From Chrysemys picta bellii (taxonomy: Eukaryota): DNA of 64,000 nucleotides. Position 1 is the first letter of the stretch, and each line of letters begins with the position of its first letter. The position numbers and the translations under genes are program-made. This document shows, piece by piece, positions 12,285 to 22,631 of this stretch. Below the pieces are notes generated by a model. The model saw only the letters and a program-made list of their open reading frames with translations. It had not been told where the DNA came from and did no database searches. The stretch spans positions 25,482,001-25,546,000 of the forward strand of contig NC_088807.1 of assembly GCF_011386835.1 (NCBI RefSeq). The letters run 5' to 3'.

Positions 12285-15200
12285 CTGTGCGCCAGGGTGT
12301 GGATGCCATGTGGCTGGAAGGGCGCGGTGTGTTTGTGTGTATCTAGCCGTGTGTTGGTGTGTGCAGATTAGGGGTGGGGCTGTGGGATGTGTGTGTGTTT
12401 GCATTGTGGAAGGGGAGGTGTAGGCAGTGCCCCATGTCTGCAGGGGGCGGGTGTTTTAGGGTCTCTGTGATCCTGGGCCTAGGACAGCTCCCTCTCCAGG
12501 CCCCAGGGGCTGGAGTCTATTTGCGGGGTGTGTGTGGGGGGAGACTATAATCCTGACTCCACCCCACCGTCTGCCCCTCAGATCTGGTTGTTCCCTGCCC
12601 CCCACCCCCTGCACCTCACCCAGAATCAATGATTAACCACCCTGCCGCCCTGCCCAGCTCTTGCAAAGGGAGAAATGAGCCAAAGAGAGAACCCCGGAGT
12701 CCTGGCTCCCAGCCTGCTCCCTCCCCACCACGCTGCAATCCACTATACCCCACTCCCCTCCCAGAGCCGGGGAGAGAACCCAGGAGTCCTGGCTCCTAGC
12801 CCGCCCTGGTCTAATCCACCAGACCCCACTCCCCTCCCAGAGCCGGGGAGAGAACCCAGGAGTCCGGGCTCCCAGCCCTCCCTGCTCTAACCACTAGACC
12901 CCACTCCCCTCCCAGAGCCAGGGAGAGAACCCAGGCATCCTGGCTCCCAGCCCCCCTGCTCTAACCACTAGACCCCACTCCCCTCCCAGAGCCAGGGAGA
13001 GAACCCAGGAGTCCTGGCTGCCAGCCCCCCGTGCACTAATCACTAGGCCCCACTGTCCTGATTTTCCTTCTGAAAGGGGCAGGGCTCCTTTAAGGCTCAG
13101 GGGCATGTTCTCCCGGGGAGGAGAAAGGGCGTTTTTGGGGTGGGCGTGGGAGCTGCAGGTCCCGGCAGGACCGAGGTGCGGGTGGGTGGGGAACATACAC
13201 CCAGTTCTGCGCCCTGTCCAGACCTGTCTGGTGCCTCGCTTTCCCCACCCCTCCGCTGCTAGGGCGGCTGCCACAGCGGGCTGGCCCGTTAAGTGCTCGC
13301 CGGGGGGACCCCATCCCTTTAGGACCCACCACCACCACGGCCCCTCCGCCTGTTGCAGGTTCCATCCCTGTAACATCCCACATCACCTCTGCCTGTTCAA
13401 TGCACCGCCCCTGTAACAGTCCCCCCACTCTGCCTGTAGCAGGCACCACCCCGTAACAGCCCCCCGCTCCGCCTGTAGCGGGCACCGCCCCGTAACAGCC
13501 CCCCACTCTGCCTGTGGCGGGCACTGCCCATTTAACAGTCCCCCCACTCTGCCTGTAGCAGGCACCACCCCGTAACAGCCCCCCGATCCGCCTGTAGCGG
13601 GCACTGCCCCGTAACAGCCCCCCACTCTGCCTGTAGCAGGCACTGCCCCTGTAACAACCCCCCACTCTGCCTGTTCAATGCACCGCCCCTGTAACAACCC
13701 CCCACTCCGCCTGTAGCGGGCACTGCCCCGTAACAGCCCCCCACTCTGCCTGTAGCAGGCACCGCCCCGTAACAGCCCCCCGCTCCGCCTGTAGCGGGCA
13801 CTGCCCCGTAACAGCCCCCCACTCTGCCTGTAGCGGGCACCGCCCCTGTAACAACCCCCCACTCTGCCTGTAGCGGGCACTGCCCCATAACAGCCCCCCA
13901 CTCTGCCTGTAGCGGGCACCGCCCCTGTAACAACCCCCCACTCTGCCTGTAGCAGGCACCGCCCCTGTAACAACCCCCCACTCTGCCTGTAGCGGGCACT
14001 GCCCCGTAACAGCCCCCCGCTCCGCCTGTAGCGGGCACTGCCCCGTAACAGCCCCCCACTCTGCCTGTAGCAGGCACCGCCCCTGTAACAACCCCCCTCT
14101 GCTCCGCCTGTAGGGGGCACCCCTTTCACAGCCCCCCCCCACTCCACCTGTAGCAGGCACCACCCCTGTAACAACCCCCCACTCCACCTGTAGCAGGCAC
14201 CGCCTCTTTAAGACCCCCCCCATGTGCCCCTGCCTGTGACAGACTCCACCCCCCCTCTGAATATTTGGCAGGGGGGGAGCTGGTTGAATTTAGTGGTTGT
14301 CATGGAGACCGGCCCCACCCCCCACCCTCCACACACTCGCCCCTTTGTGTGCCCAGCGTGGGCTGGTATTTTTAGCCTCCAGATGTGACTCGAGCTGGAA
14401 CATTCCCCAGGCGCCCCGAATGCCCCGCCCAGCCCACGCAGGACCCAGGAGTCCGGGCTCCCACTCCCTCCCACCCCCCAACCACTAGGCCCACTCCCCT
14501 CCCAGAGCCAGGGAGAGAACCCAGGAGTCCTGGCTCCCAGCCCCCCCTGCTCTAACCACTAGCCCCCACTCCCCAGGAATGTACAGGAAAGCGGCGGGTG
14601 AGTCAGACCCTTGGCAGAGAAGCAGACGCCCGTCTTGCAGCTAATGGAATATTACAGCGTGACTCAGACTCTCCAACCACCCCCTTGCCCTTCCTGGGGG
14701 GCGCTGTGCTGCAGGGAGCCGGGGCGCTGGGCAGGGGGCGCTCTCCCCTGGCAGGCAGAGCCGGGCACTGGGGGGGGCTGGGGGGCTGGGCAGGGGGCGC
14801 TCTCCCCTGGCAGGCAGAGCCGGGCACTGGGCTGGGGGGCTGGGCAGGGGGCGCTCTCCCCTGGCAGTCAGGGCTGGGCACTGGGGGGGGCTGGGCAGGG
14901 GGCGCTCTCCCCTGGCAGTCAGGGCTGGGCACTGGGGGGGGCTGGGCAGGGGGCGCTCTCCCCTGGCAGTCAGGGCTGGGCACTGGGGTGGGGGGCTGGG
15001 GGGCTGGGCAGGGGGCGCTCTCCCCTGGCAGTCAGGGCTGGGCACTGGGGGGGGCTGGGCAGGGGGCGCTCTCCCCTGGCAGTCAGGGCCGGGCACTGGG
15101 CTGGGGGGCTGGGCAGGGGGCGCTCTCCCCTGGCAGTCAGGGCCGGGCACTGGGGGGGCTGGGCAGGGGGCGCTCTCCCCTGGCAGTCAGGGCCGGGCAC

Positions 15201-18200
15201 TGGGGGGGCTGGGCAGGGGGCGCTCTCCCCTGGCAGTCAGGGCCGGGCACTGGGCTGGGGGGCTGGGCAGGGGGGCGCTCTCCCCTGGCAGTCAGGGCTG
15301 GGCACTGGGGGGGGGCTGGGCAAGGGGCGCTCTCCCCTGGCAGTCAGGGCTGGGCACTGGGGGGGGCTGGGCAGGGGGCGCTCTCCCCTGGCAGTCAGGG
15401 CCGGGCACTGGGCTGGGGGGCTGGGCAGGGGGCGCTCTCCCCTGGCAGTCAGGGCCGGGCACTGGGGGGCGCTGTACTTATTTAAACATCTAAACATGAG
15501 ACTCACCTGCTCTGCTCCTTACGCGCTTTATCCCTTCCGCCTTATGTTCAGGATGGGAACCCCGGTGTCCGGGCCATATCCCAGTTTAGGGACACTCCCG
15601 TTCTGTTTCCTTTCATCCCCCTGCAGCAGCCACCGGAAACAAGATTTTCTTTCACTTCCTGTCCCAAAGGTGTACGTCTGGTCCCCAGCTGCCCTGCCCC
15701 AGAGGTGGCTGCATCTTAGCACTGGCTGAACAATTTTCCTAACTATTGTCCATTTCCACCCCACACAGGGCCTCTGTATTGTTATCCTGATCTGCTACGG
15801 TGCTTCTCGGACCCCTGGTTATACCGGTGTGGCCATCTTCGAGATGGTGTTTTCAATCGTCTTCTTCGTCATCTACACGCTAGGATTAAACAAGCAGTTG
15901 GCGTTTGTGCATTGGGGCTGGAGTGTAAGGAGTTTGATTCTATTCACACCATTGGGGGGGACCTATAACATACCACTGCCAGGTGTCTGGAATCTTCTGT
16001 ACAATTCGCTGTTCTGAATAACCCTTAAAAAGGGGGGGGGGGAATCCCCTAACAAACTTGTTTTAAATTATTAACATGCAAGACAATAACAGCACAAAAA
16101 CCTATGTTAAAATGCAAAGAAATTCCCATGCAAAAAACTCTGTTAAAACCCATGGAAATAGATGTGCAAAAAACGTTGTTAAAATGCACAGACAACGCTA
16201 TGCAAAAGAACTTTGTGAATTAGCAAGAAAACAGTTAAAATGCAATCCAATTCTTAAAGGTTGATGTGTGACCACACAAAAATATTGCTGCACATACAAA
16301 TGGTTGATTTAGAATAAATAAATGAAGAAATTGCCACAGGGGAAAAATATTAATCTAAAACCAAACATACCCAGAAATGCCAATGAAAAAAAAAAGGCCA
16401 TTAAAGGGGTTAATATACTGAGAAAATTCCCCCACGAAACCCTGATTAATTTCTTAATATACAAGGATTTTCCATGGCAAATTTGTTAAAATGCAAAGAA
16501 ATTCTGATTTAAAAAAGGAGCCAAGTTATTCATCTGCCAGGAAATTTCTGTGCAAACGAGTTAATTCATTTATCATACGCATAGAAATTCCCATGGAAAC
16601 AACTCCATCAAAATGCAAGGAAATTTCTATGCCAAAAACTTCGTTAATGTCGGTCGAGTGCATCGTACCAAAGACAGGTCGGTGCATCTCTCTGCTTCTT
16701 ACCTTCGGTTTCTTTCTTCCTCAGGATTTTATCCGTGCTCTGATTGGTGCTCTGCTCTTCCTCATCACCTCCCTCATCGTCGTCATTGGCCACAGGGACG
16801 GCGCTGGCATCGCAGCTGGGGTAAAACAACTGGCTTTCCTGGCAGCTAGGACCGGATGCTGGAGGGCACCGTGAGGGCGGGGAGCGGGGCCGGGGGCTCG
16901 GCAGGGGGCGCTCTCCCCTGCAAGTCAGGGACGGGCGCTGGGAGGCACCGTGAGGGCGGGGAGCAGGGCCGGGGGCTCGGCAGGGGGCGCTCTCCCCTGC
17001 AAGTCAGGGACGGGCGCTGGGAGGCACCGTGAGGGCGGGGAGCGGGGCCGGGGGCTCGGCAGGGGGCGCTCTCCCCTGCAAGTCAGGGACGGACACTGGG
17101 GGGCGTCGTGGGCCTCAACGGGGGACACTGTCCAGCGGTCAATGCTGGCCGTGGCAATGGGGGCACTGTGCTGCATTCATTCCTTGCAATCAGCCTCCAG
17201 GCCTGACCCCAGAGGTGGCTGCATCATAATGTTGGGGTGGGGGAAGAAATGAGGCAAACTGCCCAAAATTGGGGAGGGGGATCTTCTGCTCCTCTTGATC
17301 CGGGGGCCTTGAATCCCCACTGCGAATCCTCTGCTCGTTACCAGCAATCAACCGATACAGCAATTAACTCCCGCTTGGTCCCGTCCCCCGCAGGTCTTTG
17401 GGCTCCTGGCTGGCATCCTGTTTGCATATGATGCCTATATTACATTCCCCACCCTCCGGAAAACCCACACAGCTGCCCCCACTGGTAAGTGCCCCCACCC
17501 CCCTGGGGCTAGACAGAGGGGGCGACCCTGCTCCACCACGGGGCCAGGGGGGGTGGGCTAGATGGGAGAGGGCGACCCTGCCCCACCACGGGGCCAGGGG
17601 GGGTGGGCTAGACGGGAGGGGGCGACCCTGCCCCACCACGGGGCCAGGGGGGTGGGCTAGACGGGAGGGGGCGACCCTGCTCCACCACGGGGCCAGGGGG
17701 GTGGGCTAGACGGGAGGGGGCGACCCTGCTCCACCACGGGGCCAGGGGAGGTAGGCTAGATGGGAGGGGGCGACCCTGCTCCACCATGGGGCCAGGGGGG
17801 TGGGCTAGATGGGAGGGGGCAACCCTGCTCCACCATGGGGCCAGGGGGGGTGGGCTAGATGGGAGAGGGCGACCCTGCTCCACCACGGGGCCAGGGGGGG
17901 TGGGCTAGACGGGAGGGGGCGACCCTGCCCCACCACGGGGCCAGGGGGGGTGGGCTAGATGGGAGAGGGCGACCCTGCTCCACCACGGGGCCAGGGGGGG
18001 TGGGCTAGACGGGAGGGGGCGACCCTGCTCCACCACGGGGCCAGGGGGGTGGGCTAGATGGGAGAGGGCGACCCTGCTCCACCACGGGGCCAGGGGGGGT
18101 GGGCTAGACAGGAGGGGGCGACCCTGCTCCACCATGGGGCCAGGGGGGGTGGGCTAGACGGGAGAGGGCGACCCTGCTCCACCACGGGGCCAGGGGGGGT

Positions 18201-18401
18201 GGGCTAGACGGGAGGGGGCGACCCTGCCCCACCACGGGGCCGGGGTGTGTGTGTTTTTAGACGGGAGGGGGAGACCCTGCCCCACCATGGGTCTGGTGGG
18301 GGGCGGGCTAGACGAGAGAAGATAGGGGGTGATCCCTGACTCTCTAACACCCCCTTGTGGTCTCTCTCTCTCTCCTTACAGAATCCCCGGAGGGTGTCTG
18401 A
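10590..18401 (+). CDS. PLP2: Proteolipid protein 2 (MARVEL domain), complete, 150 aa
   Basis: Five in-phase GT-AG exons: 10590-10679 (MDSSGGTPGCMGQCTSFLRSHKGTVLALEI), 15769-15924 (GLCIVILICYGASRTPGYTGVAIFEMVFSIVFFVIYTLGLNKQLAFVHWGWS), 16725-16820 (DFIRALIGALLFLITSLIVVIGHRDGAGIAAG), 17394-17484 (VFGLLAGILFAYDAYITFPTLRKTHTAAPT), 18382-18401 (ESPEGV*). Colinear with human PLP2. Confidence 0.95.
11790..12420 (+). repeat. (TG)n-rich higher-order repeat in PLP2 intron 1
   Basis: Three degenerate copies of GGTTAC...TGTGCGACAGGG...CCATGTGGCTGGAAGGGCG separated by TG microsatellites. Confidence 0.75.
13390..14205 (+). repeat. VNTR of about 40 bp in PLP2 intron 1
   Basis: Unit CCTGTAGCAGGCACCGCCCCTGTAACAACCCCCCACTCTG; shorter in copy 2 (about 49275-49770). 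Confidence 0.9.
14690..15475 (+). repeat. VNTR of about 50-60 bp in PLP2 intron 1
   Basis: Unit GGGCAGGGGGCGCTCTCCCCTGGCAGTCAGGGCCGGGCACTGGGGGGGGCT; about twice as long in copy 2 (about 50265-51810). Confidence 0.9.
16860..17097 (+). repeat. 79-bp VNTR in PLP2 intron 3
   Basis: Period 79 (GCACCGTG at 16866, 16945, 17024); 3 units here and about 15 in copy 2 (about 53195-54380). Confidence 0.9.
17510..18290 (+). repeat. VNTR of about 49 bp in PLP2 intron 4
   Basis: Unit GGGGCGACCCTGCTCCACCACGGGGCCAGGGGGGGTGGGCTAGACGGGA. Confidence 0.9.
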
Positions 18402-18935
18402 GGAGTCGCAGGACCCCGGCCCCCGCTTTGCTGCCTTCGCCCCCCCCACCTCGCTGGTTCTAAGGATTCTTGTACATACTGCTGGGGGGGCAGCAAAGAA
18501 GAGATTCCCCCCGCAACTAATCTCCCTCCAGCTCCCCATCCCCAATTCCTGCCCTGACCTCAGGGCCCCACCCCTGTTTAGAAGCCTTGACAATGGGGAT
18601 AGCATGGGGGGAGCCACCCGCCCACCCCAGCAATGCCACCCCCACCTTCCTAGGTTGGTTGGAGCGAGGATGAGGGCAGTGGGGTCTAGTGGTTAGAACA
18701 GGTGTGGGTGAGGGGGGGAGGGTTGGGAGCCAGGACTCCTGGGTTCTATCCCCAGCTCAGGGCGGGGAGCGGGGTCTAGTGGGCTCTGTCCCCTTATCAA
18801 GTGCCTTTACTCTTTCTGTGCCTCGGTTTCCCCTGGGCTAACAGGGTGTTACATTGCCAGCTGTTTAGGGCTGAATGACCCATGTGTTTACGTAGGGCCT
18901 ACCAGAACTGGAGCCCATGGGATGTTTTCAAGGGA

Positions 18936-19171
18936 AATAAATTTTAATATAAGGGGGAGATTTTTTTTAAATGAACTAAACTTAATGCAAGGAAACCGGC
19001 CCCAGGGTGGGGGACTGGGTGGGGAATGGCACACGGGGGGATTGGTGTGGTGATGCTCAGGGCACTGACACCCCCCCGCCGAACCCCTCATGTTCCCCCC
19101 CACACACTCCCCGGTCCTGCATGTGGCTTGTGTTAATTTCTGCTTATTTTGGGGGGGAAAGGGTTAATAAA
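18936..19171 (+). terminator. Candidate PLP2 polyadenylation signals
   Basis: AATAAA at 18936-18941 and 19166-19171; the second is followed by TGGTTTTGTTTGG. Confidence 0.45.
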
Positions 19172-20678
19172 AATACTGATAAATGGTTTTGTTTGGTCCC
19201 AGTGATGTTGGGGGGGGGGTGTTTCTGAACTGGGGGGGGGGTCAGATGGCCCATCCACCCCAGATGAGAACTATGGACCCAGTGAGCCTGGATCCGCCCT
19301 CCCCAGGGTCTGTTAAACACAGTCTTCAAGTCAGCGGCACTGCGATGGGTCCCTGCATGGCCCCACAGTAGGCCGACATTTTTATGGCTGACTTAGAACA
19401 ACACTTCCTCAGCTCTCGTCTCCTAGTGCCGCTCCTCTACTTGTGCTACATTGGGGACATCATCATCTGGACCCACGGCAAGGAGGCCCTTGAAGAATTC
19501 CACCTGGATTTCAACAACTTCCACCCCACCAACAACCTCAGCGTGGACCTGTCCACACAAGAGATCCACTTCTTGCACACTACAGTGCAAATAAGCGAAG
19601 GTCACATAAACACCACCCTATACCGGAAACCTACTGACCACTACACTTACTTACATGCCTCCAGCTTCCATCCAGGACACATCACACGATCCACTGTCTA
19701 CAGCCAAGCCCAAAGATACAACCAATCCCTCAGACAGAGACAAACACCTACAGGATCTCTATCAAGGGTTCTTAAAACTACAATACCCACCTGGGGAAGT
19801 GAGAAAAGAGATTGACAGAGCCAGACGGGTACCCAGAAGTCACCTACTACAGGACAGGCCCAACAAGGACAATAACAGAACACCACTGGCCATCACATAC
19901 AGCCCCCAGCTAAAACCTCTCCAGCGCATCATCAACGATCTACAACCTATCCTGGAAAACAATCCCTCACTCTCACAGACCTTGGGAGACAGGCCAGTCC
20001 TCGCCTACAGACAGCCTCCCAACCTGAAGCAAATACTCACCAGCAACTACACATCACACCACAGAAACACCAACCCAGGAACCAAACCCTATAACAAACC
20101 CCGTTGCCTTCTCTGTCCCCATATCTACTCTAGCGACACCGTCAGAGGACCCAACCACATCAGCCACACCATCAAGGACTCATTCACCTGCACATCTACC
20201 AATGTGATATATTCCATCATGTGCCACCAATGCCCCTCTGCCATGTACATTGGCCAAACCGGACAGTCTCTACATAAAAGAATAAATGGACACAGATCGG
20301 ACATCAGGAATGGTAACATACAAAAGCCAGTAGAAGAACACTTCAATCTCCCTGGACATTCAATAACAGATTTAAAAGTAGCCATCCTGCAACAAAAAAA
20401 CTTCAGAAACAGACTTCAAAGAGAAACTGAAGAACTAAAATTCATTTGCAAATGTAACACCATTAATTTGGGCTTGAATGGGGACTGGGAGTGGCTGGCT
20501 CATGACAGAAGCAACTTTCCCTCTCCTGGAATTGACACCTCCTCATCAATTGTTGGGAGTGGACTACATCCACCCTGATCGAATTGGCCCTGTCAACGCT
20601 GGTTCTCCACTGGTGAGGTAACTCCCTGCTCTTCACGTGTCAGTATAATAACGCCTGCATCTGTAATTCTCACTTCTT

Positions 20679-20720
20679 GCATCTGAAGAAGTCGGGTTTT
20701 TTACCCACAAAAGCTTATGC
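20679..20720 (+). ncRNA. Degenerate minimal type I hammerhead ribozyme in the Penelope-like element terminus
   Basis: GCAT-CTGAAGA-A-GTCGGG-TTTTTTA-CCCAC-AAAA-GCT-T-ATGC: stem I GCAU/AUGC, CUGANGA box, imperfect stem II, palindromic AGCU stem III. The GAAA box reads AAAA. Confidence 0.7.
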
Positions 20721-20753
20721 CCAAATAAATCCGTTAGTCTTTAAGGTGCCACC

Positions 20754-20976
20754 CAGGGCCGGCTCCAGGCACCAGCTTGGCAAGCAGGTGCTTGGGGCGG
20801 CCGCTCCAGAGAGGGGCGGCACGTCCAGCTGTTTGGCAGCAATTCCGCGGACGGTCCCTCACTCCCGCTCGGAGCGAAGGACCTCCCACCGAAGTGCCGC
20901 TGCAGATCACGATCGCGGCTTTTTTTTTTTTTTTTTTGAGCTGCTTGGGGCAGCCAAAACCCTGGAGCCGGCCCTG
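20754..20976. mobile_element. Non-autonomous hAT-type MITE (223 bp) nested in the Penelope-like element
   Basis: Perfect 16-bp terminal inverted repeats CAGGGCCGGCTCCAGG / CCTGGAGCCGGCCCTG and 8-bp target-site duplication GTGCCACC (20746-20753, 20977-20984). Confidence 0.92.
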
Positions 20977-21247
20977 GTGCCACCGGACTCCTTGTTGTTT
21001 TTGTGGATACAGACTAACACGGCTACCCCGATACTTCTTAAAACACAGGTCACGTCCGGCCTTATAAATGATCATGTTACAATGACACTGACACTCTCTA
21101 CTGCCAGGAAAAGGAATACCCCCCTCCATTGCTCACCCGGTGCTGAGATGCAGCCACCTCTGGGGGGGGGGGGGGCACCTGGGGAACAGTGGCATATAAC
21201 GCCACAAGGGGACAGCTCAGACTCGGATCCAGGTTTTAAAGGTCTCT

Positions 21248-21253
21248 TTTATT
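21248..21253 (-). terminator. Probable PRICKLE3 polyadenylation signal
   Basis: TTTATT on + (AATAAA on -), about 1.38 kb downstream of the PRICKLE3 stop. Confidence 0.55.
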
Positions 21254-21524
21254 AAAAAGGTTGCTTTTTCTTCTTTAAATTAACCCTTTAATAGAAAAAC
21301 AAATTGGAAGGTTAAATTCCAGACACAGCAGGGACCCCAATTCTGTACTGGGGCCAGTACAGGGTGTACTCCCATACATAACTGTACCCCCATTCTCTGC
21401 AACCCCCCTCCCCCTTCCCCCCAGCGCAGCCCCAAAGAGGGTCTGGAGGGTGGGAACTGAACCCCCCAATTGTTCCACTATTAAACAATCAAAAAAAACC
21501 TGATCTAAATGGGGGAACACACCA

Positions 21525-21556
<32 letters not shown>

Positions 21557-21577
21557 AAATCCTGCTGACCCCCTCCC

Positions 21578-22629
21578 AGGTCAAAGTTCAAAGGTCACAA
21601 TGGACAAGTCACAGGTCAGTGATGATCCCCCATGTGAGAGGGATGAAAGGTCAAAGCACAAAAGTCAACAGGTCAAGGGCCCCAAAGTCACAGTGCAAGG
21701 GTCCCATCCAAAAGGCAAAGGTCAGAGTGGGAAGGCATTTTCAGGGGTTAGAGGTCAAAGTTCCCAGCCAAAACTCAAGGGGCACAGTGGAAAGGTCAAA
21801 GGCCACAAGGGAAAGCTCACCACCAGCAGGTCAAAGGTCGCCACCAAATCTAACCAGCCACAGTAGAAAGGTGCCAACCAGAGTTCAAAGGTCACCGATG
21901 CAAAGATCCTGAGTAGGGTTCAAAGGTCACAATGGGCAGGTCAGTGTTCATAGGTCCCTGAGGAGAGGTCAAAAATCACAAGGGCGAGGTCCAACCATCC
22001 ACAGCCCCGGGGCAAAGACAAGGGGCAAGGTCGCTGTTGAGAGGCCATTGCCCCAGGATCCTTGGCCAGAGGTTAAAGTTGAAAGGTCACAGCACAAAGT
22101 CCCAGGTCGACAAGGTCAAAGGTCACAACGGAAAGGTCAAAGTCCAAAGGTCCCCAGTGAAACGTGATGAGTTAAGGTCATAGTGGAAAGATCAACCGCC
22201 GAGCATTCACAGCAAAGGTCAGAGGTCACCACAGAGGCCAATGGCTAAGGATTCCAGACAAAAGGTCACAAAGGTCATAGATCTGGAAAGGTCACAGATC
22301 AAAGGTCAGAGATTCCAATGCAGAAGCCAATCGCTGAGAGTCCCAGGTGAAAGGTCAGGGGTGACACCAGAAAAGGTCGACGTTCAAAGGTCCTCCATGG
22401 AAGGTGACCACTAAAGGTCAGAACTCACAGCGGAGAGGTCAAAGTCTAAAGGTCACAAGCCACACTGGAGAGGTCAAAGCTCAAAAGGGTGACCAAAGGC
22501 TGCAAGCCGAGGTCAAAGGTTGCTGACGGGGGTCAGAGTTAAAAGGTCACGAGTGCAGGTCAGAGGCCGCCGTGGACAGGTCACACTGGAGAGGTCGTTG
22601 CCAGCAGGAGGGTCAAAGTTCAAAGGTCA
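21578..22629 (+). repeat. Dispersed array of 34 AGGTCA hexamers in the PRICKLE3 3' UTR
   Basis: Hand count: 34 exact AGGTCA on +, no TGACCT on +, with heterogeneous spacers. Confidence 0.9.
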
Positions 22630-22631
22630 AC

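Larger units (their letters stand above)
19324..21036 (+). mobile_element. Penelope-like element (RT + GIY-YIG endonuclease), 5'-truncated and inactivated
   Basis: QVSGTAMG...P..*ADIFMADLEQHFL; RT catalytic YIDD motif changed to YIGD; LYRKPTD...YLHASSFHP; GIY-YIG module NVIYSIMCHQCPSAMYIGQTGQSLHKRINGHRSDI. Carries an in-frame stop, frameshifts, and a 3' repeat with a hammerhead-like motif. Confidence 0.9.

Noticed and set aside
19384-20578. Functional reverse transcriptase/endonuclease gene
   Set aside because: 5'-truncated, YIDD changed to YIGD, with an in-frame stop and frameshifts in both copies.
21140-21210. GCTGAGATGCAGCCA(C/G)CTCTGGGG motif shared with about 27803-27925
   Set aside because: Probably fragments of a short interspersed repeat; too short and degenerate to classify.
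21526-21552. Poly-A run as a retrocopy tail
   Set aside because: No target-site duplication or upstream retrocopy; length differs in copy 2; it reads as poly-U in the PRICKLE3 3' UTR.
21578-22629. CRISPR-like repeat-spacer reading of the AGGTCA array
   Set aside because: The conserved unit is only 6-8 bp, spacing is irregular, there are no cas genes, and the context is eukaryotic.
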